DNA of 46,924 bases from Alphaproteobacteria bacterium (GTDB lineage Bacteria; Pseudomonadota; Alphaproteobacteria; HIMB59; GCA-002718135): positions 1 through 46,924 of the forward strand of contig JBJKYR010000026.1 of NCBI GenBank assembly GCA_045560945.1, read 5' to 3'. Below, in pieces: positions 1 to 10,142 of the stretch; within the stretch, counting starts at the first letter, position 1; each line of letters starts with the position of its first letter. The notes beneath the pieces are model-generated. The model had not been told where the DNA came from. It saw only the letters and a list, made by a program, of their open reading frames with translations, and made no database searches. The position numbers were made by a program, and so were the translations under genes.

Positions 1-2
1 CC

Positions 3-218
3 AATAAAGTTAAGGGAGTAAGAGCAGTTTGTATAAATGACCCTTATACAGCTGAAAGAGCAATTGCCTCTAATAATGCACAAGTAGTTACAATGGGCAC
101 TCTAATAACTGGTCCAGAGGTGGCAAAAAAACTAGTTGATATTTGGCTTTCGAATGAATTTCAAGGTGGTGGATCAGCTAAAAAAGTTGAAAAGATAAAT
201 AATCTTGATCAATTATAA
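3..218 (+). CDS. RpiB/LacAB-family sugar-phosphate isomerase, 3' fragment (DerI-like)
   Basis: Not in the ORF track. Manual translation from base 3 gives NKVKGVRAVCINDPYTAERAIASNNAQVVTMGTLITGPEVAKKLVDIWLSNEFQGGGSAKKVEKINNLDQL*, which matches the RpiB C-terminal pattern (ANKxxGxRA...NxAxV...GG). Confidence 0.85.
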   Translation, partial: NKVKGVRAVCINDPYTAERAIASNNAQVVTMGTLITGPEVAKKLVDIWLSNEFQGGGSAKKVEKINNLDQL

Positions 219-311
219 ATTTCCAAAAAAAAATATATAAAAAAACTTTATTGGTTTTTAATTTCAATCAAATAATCCTATACTTCAAGTTAATTTAAAC
301 TTGGAGGAAAT

Positions 312-1454
312 TTGAGTAAATTAAAATTAGGTATGGTAGGTGGAGGGCAAGGTGCTTTTATTGGTTCTGTCCACCGTATAGCGTCAAGAATTGATGATTA
401 CTATGAGTTAGTTGCTGGATCTCTAGCTAGCAATCCTGAAGTTGCACATTCATCTGCCAAAGAATTGGGAATTGCAGAAGATAGATCTTATTCGACATAT
501 CTAGAAATGGCAGAAAAAGAGTCAAACTTAGAAAATGGAATAGATGTTGTTGCTATTGTTACACCTAATCATCTTCATTACCCAATTGCTGAAGCTTTTA
601 TAATGAAAGGCATACATGTTATTTGTGATAAGCCACTTACACATAATCTAGAAGATGCTGAAAAATTTTTTGAATGTGTAAAAAATTCTAGCGCTTTGTT
701 CGCGTTAACACATAATTACACTGGCTATCCAATGGTAAGACAAGCAAGAGAAATGTGTCGCAATGGATCAATTGGAAAATTAAGAGTCATACAAGTTGAA
801 TATGCTCAAGATTGGCTGACATTACCTATTGAAAATGAAGGTCAAAAACAAGCATCATGGAGAACTGACCCATCAAAAGCTGGAATGGGTGGTTCTATAG
901 GAGATATTGGGAGTCATGCATTTAATTTAGCAGACTTTATTACTGGTGCAAAACTTACAGAATTATGTGCAGACATTAGTAGTTTCGTTGAAGGAAGAAA
1001 AAATGATGATAACGCTCACGTACTGTTGAGATATGAAAATGGTATTAAAGGAATGTTATGGTCATCTCAAGTAGCTCCAGGAAATGAAAATGCTTTAAAA
1101 ATTAGAATTTATGGAGATAAAGGTGGTTTGGAGTGGGAACAAGAAAATCCAAATTATTTGAGAGTTGATATATTTGGTGAAGCAAAAAAAATAATTCGTC
1201 GAGCAGGTAATGAAACTATAGATGTTGCTGGAAGAGTAACCAGAATACCACCAGGGCATCCAGAAGGTTATTTAGAGGGATTTGCAAATATTTATTCAGA
1301 TTTTGCTAAACAAATAATCGCTTTCAAAAAAAATCAAAAAATAGAAGATGAATTACTTTTAGTTCCATCAATTGAAGATGGTTTAAAGGGTGTAAAGTTT
1401 ATTTCTAAGGTTGTTGAGTCTGGTTTGGGTGGAAGTAAGTGGTTAAAATTTTAA
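312..1454 (+). CDS. Gfo/Idh/MocA family NAD(P)-dependent oxidoreductase
   Basis: N-terminal GMVGGGQGAFIG Rossmann motif, VTPNHLH, CDKPL and GDIGSH. TTG start with GGAGG ribosome-binding site upstream. Confidence 0.9.
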   Translation: MSKLKLGMVGGGQGAFIGSVHRIASRIDDYYELVAGSLASNPEVAHSSAKELGIAEDRSYSTYLEMAEKESNLENGIDVVAIVTPNHLHYPIAEAFIMKGIHVICDKPLTHNLEDAEKFFECVKNSSALFALTHNYTGYPMVRQAREMCRNGSIGKLRVIQVEYAQDWLTLPIENEGQKQASWRTDPSKAGMGGSIGDIGSHAFNLADFITGAKLTELCADISSFVEGRKNDDNAHVLLRYENGIKGMLWSSQVAPGNENALKIRIYGDKGGLEWEQENPNYLRVDIFGEAKKIIRRAGNETIDVAGRVTRIPPGHPEGYLEGFANIYSDFAKQIIAFKKNQKIEDELLLVPSIEDGLKGVKFISKVVESGLGGSKWLKF

Positions 1455-1468
1455 TATAGGAGGTTAAA

Positions 1469-2617
1469 ATGAAAAAGAAATTAAGAGTTGGTATGATAGG
1501 TTATGGCTTTATGGGAAAAGCTCATACAAATGCTTTTCGTCAAGCTGCAAAATTTTTTCCAGATCTTCCATATGAACCTGAATTAAAAATGTTTTGTGCA
1601 CGAAATGAAGAACGTGCAAAAAGTTTTGCCTCTAATTGGGGATATGAAAAAGTTGTTACTGACTGGAAAGAAGTTGTTGAGAGTAAAGAAATAGATGTAA
1701 TAGACATTTGTGCACCCAATAATATGCACCGTGACATTGCTATTGCTGCAGCGGAAAATGGTAAGTGGGTTTTAACAGAAAAACCTCTTTCACTTAATGT
1801 TGCAGAAGGAGAAGAGATGGTTGCAGCTGTTGAAAAAGCAGGCGTCCCTAATATGGTATGGTACAACTACAGACGAATACCTTCTGTAACTTTAGCAAAA
1901 AATATTATCGATAGAGGATCGTTAGGAAGAATATTTCATTATCGAGCTAATTTTCTTCAAGATTGGACAATTTCTTCTGATTTACCTCAAGGTGGAGAAG
2001 GCTTATGGAGATTAGATGTAGATGTAGCAGGAAGTGGTGTGACTGGAGACTTGTTAGCACATTGTATTGATACTGCTATGTGGTTAAATGGTGCGATAAC
2101 TGAAGTGAGCGCAATGACTGAAACATTTATAAAAGAAAGAACGCATAGCCTTACCGGAAAAGTTCAAAAAGTTGGAATTGATGACGCATGTGCCTTTCTT
2201 GCTAAATTTGAAAATGGATCATTAGCAATATTTGAGTCAACACGATATGCTCGTGGCCATAAGGCTTTATATACATTTGAAATTAATGGAGAAAATTCAT
2301 CAATTGCATGGGATCTACATGATCTTCATCGTTTAAAGTATTTCGATCATAGTGATGAATCAATTGTGCGTGGTTGGAGAGATATACACGTAACAGATGG
2401 AGATCAACCCTATATGGATAAATGGTGGGTGCCTGGACTTAATATAGGATTTGAACATTCTTTTACTCACGGTGTGGCTGATTTCTTAGCTTCTGTAGAC
2501 AGTGAAAATAAAGCACAACCAGATTTTAGAAATGCATTACAAACACAAAAAGTTTGTGAAGCAGTAATTAATTCTGGAAATAATAAACAATGGCTAAAAA
2601 CTAATGTTGAACTTTAG
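1469..2617 (+). CDS. Gfo/Idh/MocA family oxidoreductase (levoglucosan-dehydrogenase-like subgroup)
   Basis: [26 protein letters not shown] and [11 protein letters not shown] motifs. AGGAGG ribosome-binding site. Confidence 0.88.
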   Translation: MKKKLRVGMIGYGFMGKAHTNAFRQAAKFFPDLPYEPELKMFCARNEERAKSFASNWGYEKVVTDWKEVVESKEIDVIDICAPNNMHRDIAIAAAENGKWVLTEKPLSLNVAEGEEMVAAVEKAGVPNMVWYNYRRIPSVTLAKNIIDRGSLGRIFHYRANFLQDWTISSDLPQGGEGLWRLDVDVAGSGVTGDLLAHCIDTAMWLNGAITEVSAMTETFIKERTHSLTGKVQKVGIDDACAFLAKFENGSLAIFESTRYARGHKALYTFEINGENSSIAWDLHDLHRLKYFDHSDESIVRGWRDIHVTDGDQPYMDKWWVPGLNIGFEHSFTHGVADFLASVDSENKAQPDFRNALQTQKVCEAVINSGNNKQWLKTNVEL

Positions 2618-2631
2618 GAGGAAAAAACAAA

Positions 2632-3468
2632 ATGTCTTTTAAATATTCTTATAATACAATTGTTTATTCAGGTGAAGATTACCTTACTCAAGTCAAAAGA
2701 TTGAATAAATTTGGTTATGATGGCATTGAACTTGTTGGAGAGCCAAGTTGGTACAACTTCAATGAAGTAAATAAACTGAATGAAGAATACAATATTAAAG
2801 TAAATTCTATATGTTCAATATTTACAAGTGAGAGAGATTTAATTAATCCTGAAAAATCAATGCGAATAAAAGCAATAGATTATTGCAAAGAAATTGCAGA
2901 TATGGGTGCGGAAATTAATTCAACTACAATGATTGTAGCACCCTCCCCTGTTGGCAAAATAGAATCATTGAAATCTGAAGAGGAAGAAATGAAATATGCA
3001 ATTGAGTCCATCCAGCAAGTTGGAGAGTATGCACAAAAAGCTGGCATTAGTATATCCATAGAACCTTGGAATAGATATGAAACATATTTTATAAATAGAT
3101 TAGAGCAGGCTGAAAAAATTTTGGATGCATTGGAGTTAACAAATGCAGGTATTCATGGTGATACATTTCATATGTCTATTGAAGAAGTTAATATTGCAAA
3201 CGCTTATAGAAAAATTGGATCTAAATTAAACCATTGTCATATCGCTGACTCTAATCGTGCTGCACCAGGTACTGGACACACAGATTTCAAACCAATTCTT
3301 CAAGCATTAAAAGATATAAATTTTAATAATTATATAACGATGGAACTTATCCCCCCAGTATCTGATCCTTTTGCTTGCGTTAGAGGTGGGAGAGCTGAAG
3401 AATTCAAAGATAATTACACTGAACAATCAATTAATCATTTAAAAAGTATTGAGAAAGATCTTCAATAA
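2632..3468 (+). CDS. Sugar phosphate isomerase/epimerase (xylose-isomerase-like TIM barrel, ketose 3-epimerase/YcjR type)
   Basis: Metal and catalytic motifs EPWNRYE, DTFHM, HIADSNR, PGTGH and a distal ME. Confidence 0.88.
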   Translation: MSFKYSYNTIVYSGEDYLTQVKRLNKFGYDGIELVGEPSWYNFNEVNKLNEEYNIKVNSICSIFTSERDLINPEKSMRIKAIDYCKEIADMGAEINSTTMIVAPSPVGKIESLKSEEEEMKYAIESIQQVGEYAQKAGISISIEPWNRYETYFINRLEQAEKILDALELTNAGIHGDTFHMSIEEVNIANAYRKIGSKLNHCHIADSNRAAPGTGHTDFKPILQALKDINFNNYITMELIPPVSDPFACVRGGRAEEFKDNYTEQSINHLKSIEKDLQ

Positions 3469-3473
3469 TTAAT

Positions 3474-4421
3474 ATGCAAAAGAAATACGATACAACAGTT
3501 TTAGGGTTAGTTGTTTTAGATATATTAGGAAGACCTGTTTCAAAAATTCCCGATGGAGGTAATCTAGCTTATATTGATGAATTAAGATTAACTGTTGCCG
3601 GTACAGCTGGAGGTACAGTAATAGACTGCGCTAAACTTGGAGTTTCTACTTTAGGGGTAGGTGCAGTTGGGGATGATGAAAAAGCAGATTTTGTATTATC
3701 AACACTTGAGAAATTTGGTGTTGATACTATTGGCTTTGAAAGACTAAAAGGCGTGCCAACATCATCAACAATTTTAAATATAAGACCTAACGGAGAAAGA
3801 CCAGCTTTACACTTAAGAGGAGCTTGTGATTATTTTCTTCCACCTGAAAAAGAAAAAGTAGATATTTATGATTGTAAAGTTTTTCATCTTGGTGGTACTG
3901 GTTTACTCAAAAAACTTGATGGTCCAATTTCAGTAGATATATTAAAAGAAGCTCAAAACAGAAATTGTATTACTACGTGGGATTTAATTGGAGCAACTGA
4001 GGAAACTGCAACTATTGTTGAACCGCTTCTTCCCCACATAGATTATTTTATGCCAAGTATTGAAGAAGCAAGTATAATGTGTGGATTGGATAATCCTGAA
4101 GATATTGCAAAATATTACCTAGATAGAGGTGTTAAAAATTGTGTACTTACTATGGGTGGTGAAGGATCCTTATTTATGAATAAAGAAAACAAAATAATTA
4201 CACCAGCTTTTGATATTAAAGTAGTTGATACGACAGGCTGTGGTGATGCATTTGATGCAGGAATGATAGTTGCATTGATTAAAGAAATGGATATCGAAAC
4301 TTCTCTTAAATTTGCAACAATTACATCAGGTCTAGTTGCAACTGGATTAGGTTCTGATGCAGGCATTATAAATTTTGATGATTGTATAGATAAGATGAAT
4401 AGTTTTAAAATTAAAAATTAA
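3474..4421 (+). CDS. PfkB/ribokinase-family carbohydrate kinase
   Basis: PfkB signature VVDTTGCGDAFDAG. N-terminal GTAGG and GAVGDD motifs. Confidence 0.92.
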   Translation: MQKKYDTTVLGLVVLDILGRPVSKIPDGGNLAYIDELRLTVAGTAGGTVIDCAKLGVSTLGVGAVGDDEKADFVLSTLEKFGVDTIGFERLKGVPTSSTILNIRPNGERPALHLRGACDYFLPPEKEKVDIYDCKVFHLGGTGLLKKLDGPISVDILKEAQNRNCITTWDLIGATEETATIVEPLLPHIDYFMPSIEEASIMCGLDNPEDIAKYYLDRGVKNCVLTMGGEGSLFMNKENKIITPAFDIKVVDTTGCGDAFDAGMIVALIKEMDIETSLKFATITSGLVATGLGSDAGIINFDDCIDKMNSFKIKN

Positions 4422-4485
4422 TTTTTTATAAATATAAAAATAATTTATTAGTTTTTTTATTAAAAAATAATATAACTAAAACATT

Positions 4486-6540
4486 ATGAAAAATGACTGG
4501 AACAATATTGAAGCAAATAATTATATCAAAAAATATAAACTAAAAAATATTTCAAAAGATTTAGCATTAAGAATTTATACTACACAACTCCTAGGTAAAA
4601 ATAATAAACTTGTTCTCCATGGTGGTGGAAATACATCATTAAAAACAACAACAAATAATATTTTTAATGAAAGAATTAATATTATGCATGTTAAAGGCAG
4701 TGGATGGGATATGGGAACAATTGACTCTCCAGGTTTGCCAGCAGTTGAATTAGAGCCATTATTAAAAACAAAAAAATTATCTAAGTTAAATGATTTTGAT
4801 ATGGTCAACCTTCAAAGAAAATATCTTTTAGACTCTAAATCACCAAACCCTTCAGTTGAAACATTACTTCATGCATTTCTTCCATTTAAGTTTATTGACC
4901 ATACTCACGCTAATGCAATTCTAAGTTTAATTGATCAACCTAATGATATTGAAATTTGTAAAAAAATATTTGGCAATAAAATGGGAATTGTTCCATATGT
5001 TATTCCTGGATTTGATTTAGCAAAATTAGCATATAAAATTTTTAAAAAGAATGAAAAGGTCGAAGGTCTAATTTTACTAAATCACGGTATATTTACCTTT
5101 GGTAATACAGCAAAAGAAAGTTATGATCGTATGATAAAATATGTAACAATTGCTGAAAAAAAAATAAGTAAATATAAAAATAATATAATAAATAGAAAAA
5201 AAAATATTAAAAAAAATAATAATTTTAATCATGAAATTATTTTACCATTAATTAGAAAAAACTTGTCTACAAAGAATTCGGACGGTACATATACAAAATG
5301 GATATTTGATATACGAGTTAATCAAAAGATATTAAATTATTTAGATCATTCAAATCTTAAAATATTTACAAGTAAAGGAACTGTTACTCCAGATCATGTT
5401 ATAAGAACTAAAGCAAAACCTCTTATACTTAAAATTAAAAATATGGAGGAAAGAAATCTTGATAATTTTATAAATAAAGAAATAAAAAAATATAAAATTA
5501 ATTACAAAAAATATTATTTAAAAAATAAAAAATTTGTTAAAAATACTATTGAACTTGATGGAAATCCTAGATTAATTTATATTCCAAAATTTGGCATTGT
5601 TGCAATTGGTCGCTCAAAAAAAGAAGCTATAATAGCTGGTGACTTAGCAGAAGCAACAGTTGATATTATTTCAAAGGCTGAATCATTAGGAAAGTTTACA
5701 TCCATACCTGATAAAGAGATTTTTAAAGTTGAGTACTGGCCGTTAGAACAAGCTAAGCTAAAAAATGCTACAAGAGCTATTTTAACTGGGAATGTTACAG
5801 TAATAAGTGGTGGTTGTGGTGCTATTGGTTTATCAATTGCAAGAGAATTTCTTAAACATGGTTCAGAAGTTGTTCTTTTAGAAAATAATATTAATAATAT
5901 AAATAAAACTCCTCAAGATATAGCTAAATTAGCATCAATTATAAAATGCGATGTTACAAATAAAAGTGATGTAAAGAATGCAATTGCTACAGTTGTTAAC
6001 ATGTATGGTGGGATAGATATTATGATTTCTAGTGCTGGTGCAGCTTGGCAAGGAGAAATGGCAAAAGTTAGTAATAAAGTTTTAAAAGAAAGTTTTGATT
6101 TAAATTTTTATGCTCATCAGTATCTCTCTCAATCATGTATTAATATAATGTTAAAACAAAATACAGGTGGAGTTCTTTTATTTAATATTTCTAAACAAGC
6201 TATTAATCCAGGAAATAATTTTGGTCCTTACGGTATACCAAAAGCAGCAACTTTGTCACTGATGAGACATTATACTATAGAGTATGGGAAATTTGGAATC
6301 AGATCAAATGGAGTAAATGCTGATAGAATTAGATCAGGGCTTCTGACTAAAAATATGATCTCTTCTAGAGCCAAAGCAAGAAATGTCTCAGAAAAAGAAT
6401 ATATGTCAGGAAATCTATTGAAAGAAGAAGTTTTAGCAGAAGATGTTGCTAAAGCTTTTTTGTTTCTTTCGTTAGCTAAAAAAACAACAGGAGATATTAT
6501 GACGGTCGACGGAGGTAATATCCAGGCAGCATTACGTTAA
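4486..6540 (+). CDS. Bifunctional class II aldolase / short-chain dehydrogenase (RhaEW-like fusion)
   Basis: N-domain has LVLHGGGNTS, KGSGWD, PSVETLLH, HTH and LLNHG. C-domain has SGGCGAIG, YGIPK (YxxxK) and VDGGN. Confidence 0.9.
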   Translation: MKNDWNNIEANNYIKKYKLKNISKDLALRIYTTQLLGKNNKLVLHGGGNTSLKTTTNNIFNERINIMHVKGSGWDMGTIDSPGLPAVELEPLLKTKKLSKLNDFDMVNLQRKYLLDSKSPNPSVETLLHAFLPFKFIDHTHANAILSLIDQPNDIEICKKIFGNKMGIVPYVIPGFDLAKLAYKIFKKNEKVEGLILLNHGIFTFGNTAKESYDRMIKYVTIAEKKISKYKNNIINRKKNIKKNNNFNHEIILPLIRKNLSTKNSDGTYTKWIFDIRVNQKILNYLDHSNLKIFTSKGTVTPDHVIRTKAKPLILKIKNMEERNLDNFINKEIKKYKINYKKYYLKNKKFVKNTIELDGNPRLIYIPKFGIVAIGRSKKEAIIAGDLAEATVDIISKAESLGKFTSIPDKEIFKVEYWPLEQAKLKNATRAILTGNVTVISGGCGAIGLSIAREFLKHGSEVVLLENNINNINKTPQDIAKLASIIKCDVTNKSDVKNAIATVVNMYGGIDIMISSAGAAWQGEMAKVSNKVLKESFDLNFYAHQYLSQSCINIMLKQNTGGVLLFNISKQAINPGNNFGPYGIPKAATLSLMRHYTIEYGKFGIRSNGVNADRIRSGLLTKNMISSRAKARNVSEKEYMSGNLLKEEVLAEDVAKAFLFLSLAKKTTGDIMTVDGGNIQAALR

Positions 6541-6550
6541 AGATATTTAT

Positions 6551-7321
6551 ATGGCTATTATTAAAAAATTATTTTTTAGTCCTGTTAAATCTCTCTCTTT
6601 TCAAAATACTAGCGAATGTGAAATCATAAAAAATGTTGGAATAAAAAATGATAGATTAATAGCTTTTACAAGAAATGCAGATTTAAAAACTGCAAAAATA
6701 TTAGAACAAAATTCTGATTCAAGAAATCATAAAGATTTTTTGTCATTAAAAAACACAGTATCATTAAATAAATATTCATTTGATTTAGATGGAAGAAAAC
6801 TAACCCTATCTTCAAAAGATTCTAAAATTTTAACAATAAATTTAGATAATAAAAATGAACATGATCTATTATGTAAGAGATTAATAGAGCTTGAAAATTC
6901 AATAAGAGAACCCACATATCTTTTAGAAAATAAAGAGTTCCCATTTTTTGATACAACACACTCAAAAGAAACACATAATACGATATCTCTAATAAATTTA
7001 AACAGCATTAAAGAATTTTCTGATAAAATAAGTACTGAAATTGAATTTCAGAGATTTAGAGGAAATATATATATTGATAATATTAAGCCATGGGAAGAAA
7101 GAAAGTGGATAGGTAAAATAATATCTATTAATGATATTAAATTTAAAGTAGACATGCATATACCAAGATGTAGTGCAACAAATTTAAAACCACAAACAGA
7201 TAAAAACACTATTAACCTTCCTTTAGCAATTAACAAAATTTATAAACATTCAGATATGGGAGTTTATTTAAAACCTTTAGAAAATGGTATAATAAACATT
7301 AATGATAAAATTATTATTTAA
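6551..7321 (+). CDS. MOSC domain-containing protein
   Basis: N-terminal PVKS and NDR, then RFRGNIYI and the conserved Cys in PRCSATN, then DMGVY. Confidence 0.85.
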   Translation: MAIIKKLFFSPVKSLSFQNTSECEIIKNVGIKNDRLIAFTRNADLKTAKILEQNSDSRNHKDFLSLKNTVSLNKYSFDLDGRKLTLSSKDSKILTINLDNKNEHDLLCKRLIELENSIREPTYLLENKEFPFFDTTHSKETHNTISLINLNSIKEFSDKISTEIEFQRFRGNIYIDNIKPWEERKWIGKIISINDIKFKVDMHIPRCSATNLKPQTDKNTINLPLAINKIYKHSDMGVYLKPLENGIININDKIII

Positions 7322-7718
7322 TCAAAATAACAAATTAATTAATCTAATATTTTTTTTATTAATATTGTTATTTTTTAAAAATATCAATGCGAACGAATTG
7401 AAACCTTTGAATGAAATATTAAATGAAAATCATTCATCTGATATAAATTCTTTAATTACTATGAATAGATGTGCTGCAATATATGGAGCATTATATTTTA
7501 TCAATCCATCAGATATAAATAGTAAAGAATATGAAAATAGATATAAAATTTTTTTACAATCAGCTGTTCTTGAAGATATCAAAATTTATAATACAAATGA
7601 AGAAGAATCTTATAAAAATCATATTGAAGAATTTAAATCTTCTATTAAATTTTTTATACAAATTTATTTACAAAATTATAAAAAAAATAATTCTTATTTA
7701 AAAAAATCATTGGCTTGA
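7302..7718 (+). CDS. Hypothetical exported protein (may extend to 7749 if the A7 run at 7700-7706 has one extra A)
   Basis: Hydrophobic N-terminus ending in INA-NE, resembling a signal peptide. The +1 frame after the A-run continues NHWLEDDFLICEKF* to just before the next gene. Confidence 0.6.
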   Translation: MIKLLFNQNNKLINLIFFLLILLFFKNINANELKPLNEILNENHSSDINSLITMNRCAAIYGALYFINPSDINSKEYENRYKIFLQSAVLEDIKIYNTNEEESYKNHIEEFKSSIKFFIQIYLQNYKKNNSYLKKSLA

Positions 7719-7759
7719 AGATGATTTTTTGATTTGTGAAAAATTTTAAGACAATAATC

Positions 7760-8246
7760 ATGAATAATTTATTAGAAAAAAAAAAATGTAAAAAAAGTTG
7801 AGTCATTTCTCAAAAAATTTGATGATAATATTAAATTAATTACATTAGATGAAACTGCTAGAACAGCTATTAATGCTGCCCAATCTCTTAATACAGAAGT
7901 TGGATCTATTGTAAAAAGTCTTTTGTTTAAAGACTCTGAAAATAATTTTCATCTTTGTTTAGTGTCAGGAGACAAATTTGTTTCTCTAGAAAAGATATCG
8001 AAAATATATAATTCACAGACTAAAAAAGCCAATGCTGATGAATGTAAAAAATTTACAGGTTTCAGTATTGGTGGAGTCTCTCCTGTTGCTCATACGAATT
8101 CTCCTAAGTCTATATTAATAGATAAAAATTTATCTAATTATGAAGAAATATTTGCAGCAGCAGGTCATCCTCATGTAGTTTTTGGAATATCCTTTATTTC
8201 ATTATGTGCTATAACAAAAGGTATTAAATATGACATTACAGATTAA
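7760..8246 (+). CDS. YbaK/EbsC family aminoacyl-tRNA deacylase (frameshifted at A11 run, 7776-7786)
   Basis: ATG at 7760 reads MNNLLEKK. Removing one A joins it to NVKKVESFL...TARTAINAAQSL...GSIVKSLLF...TGFSIGGVSPVAH...AAAGHPH, which contains the YbaK KSL and GGxSP motifs. Confidence 0.85.
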
Positions 8247-8316
8247 CTAGTTAATTAATTTAAAGTTAATGGTAGCGAATTGTTAATATTTAATCTATTG
8301 GCCTCATTCATAAAAA

Positions 8317-10125
8317 ATGACTGAAAATATCAGAAATATAGCGATCATCGCACACGTTGATCACGGCAAAACTACCTTAATAGATAATATCATGAAACAA
8401 AGTGGTAGTTTTAGAGAAAACCAATCTATTGATGAGAGATTAATGGACTCTGGCGATTTAGAAAAAGAGCGAGGCATTACTATTTTAGCTAAACCTACTT
8501 CTATAACATGGCAAAATACAAGAATTAATATCATTGATACGCCTGGTCATGCTGATTTCGGTGGTGAAGTAGAGAGAGTATTAGGAATGGCTGATGGTGT
8601 AATATTACTTACTGATGCAGCAGAAGGACCTATGCCTCAAACAAAATTTGTTCTAGGAAAAGCACTTAAACAAGGATTAAAACCTATAGTAGTAATTAAT
8701 AAAATTGATAGAAGTGATGGAAGGCCTGAGGAAGTAGTAAATGAGGTATTTGATCTTTTTGTAGCACTAGATGCAAATGATGAACAATTAGATTTTCCAA
8801 TTCTTTATGCTTCAGGAAGAGATGGCTGGTGTGCAAAAGAATTAGATAAGCCAAGAGAAAATTTACATCCACTACTTGATTTGGTTCTTGAGTACGTATT
8901 GCCACCAAAAGTTGATCTAGACAAGCCTTTTGCCATGCTTGCTACCCTACTTGACTCTGATCCTTTTCTTGGTCGTTGTCTAGTTGGAAGAGTTGAACAA
9001 GGTAGTGCTTATGTTAACTCTAATGTCCATGTTGTTAATTTAGAAAAGAAAATTATTGAAAAAGGTAGAATGACAAAACTTTTTAGATTTGAAAGTAATA
9101 AAAAAATTCCTGTAGAGAAAGTTGAAGCTGGTGATATTATATGTGTAGCTGGATTAAAAAATGCTTCTGTATCAGATACAATCAGTGACCCTATGGTTTT
9201 ATCACCTCTTTTGTCAACTCCAATTGACCCTCCTACTATGTCTATTACTATTACTGTCAATACATCTCCACTAGCTGGTCTAGATGGAACTAAAGTTACC
9301 TCAACTATGATACGACAAAGATTAATGGATGAAGCAGAATCAAATGTTGCTATTACTTTTATGGAAAATAGTAATAAAGATTCTTTTGAAATTGGGGGTA
9401 GAGGCGAATTACAATTAGGTGTTCTAATTGAAACTATGCGCAGAGAAGGATTTGAAATGTCAGTATCAAGACCGCGTGTAATATATAAAGAAGATGATCA
9501 AGGTAATAAACTTGAGCCAATGGAAGATGTAACTATTGATGTAGATGAAGAATTTTCAAGCTCCGTAATTGATAGCATGAATAAAAGAAAAGCGGAAATG
9601 ATCAATATGAAAAATACTAGTTCTGATAAAACTAGAATATTATTTCGTGTTCCTTCAAGAGGTTTAATTGGTTATCAAAGTACTTTTTTAACACAAACAA
9701 AAGGAACTGGTGTTTTAAATAGAATTTTTCACTCTTATGATCTTCATAAAGGTCAATTCGCTGGTCGAAGAACAGGTGTATTAATAGCAACAGATACAGG
9801 AATATCAGTTGCATTTGCTTTATGGAAATTACAAGATCGTGGACCAATGTTTATTGATCCACAAACTAAGGTCTATCAAGGAATGATTATTGGAGAGCAT
9901 ACTAGAGAAAATGATTTGGATGTTAATGTACTTAAAGGTAAACAACTAACCAATGTAAGAGCCTCTGGCACTGATGAAGCTGTAACTCTTATGCCTCCCA
10001 GAAAATTATCATTAGAACAAATGATTGCTTATATAAAAGAAGATGAACTATTAGAAGTAACTCCAAAAAATTTAAGACTTAGGAAAAGATTTTTAATTCC
10101 TCATGAAAGAAAAAAAGTATCTTAA
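8317..10125 (+). CDS. typA: Translational GTPase TypA/BipA
   Basis: NIAIIAHVDHGKTT, EKERGITI, DTPGHADFGGEVER, GRGELQL and C-terminal KQLTNVRASGTD. Confidence 0.98.
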   Translation: MTENIRNIAIIAHVDHGKTTLIDNIMKQSGSFRENQSIDERLMDSGDLEKERGITILAKPTSITWQNTRINIIDTPGHADFGGEVERVLGMADGVILLTDAAEGPMPQTKFVLGKALKQGLKPIVVINKIDRSDGRPEEVVNEVFDLFVALDANDEQLDFPILYASGRDGWCAKELDKPRENLHPLLDLVLEYVLPPKVDLDKPFAMLATLLDSDPFLGRCLVGRVEQGSAYVNSNVHVVNLEKKIIEKGRMTKLFRFESNKKIPVEKVEAGDIICVAGLKNASVSDTISDPMVLSPLLSTPIDPPTMSITITVNTSPLAGLDGTKVTSTMIRQRLMDEAESNVAITFMENSNKDSFEIGGRGELQLGVLIETMRREGFEMSVSRPRVIYKEDDQGNKLEPMEDVTIDVDEEFSSSVIDSMNKRKAEMINMKNTSSDKTRILFRVPSRGLIGYQSTFLTQTKGTGVLNRIFHSYDLHKGQFAGRRTGVLIATDTGISVAFALWKLQDRGPMFIDPQTKVYQGMIIGEHTRENDLDVNVLKGKQLTNVRASGTDEAVTLMPPRKLSLEQMIAYIKEDELLEVTPKNLRLRKRFLIPHERKKVS

Positions 10126-10142
10126 TTGATAATATTTATAAT

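Noticed and set aside
1540-9847. Antisense ORFs at 1540-1866, 4115-4366, 4575-4808, 6727-7008, 7048-7236, 8696-8908, 9009-9260 and 9632-9847
   Set aside because: Each lies wholly opposite a well-supported gene and has no recognisable motif. They are shadow ORFs.
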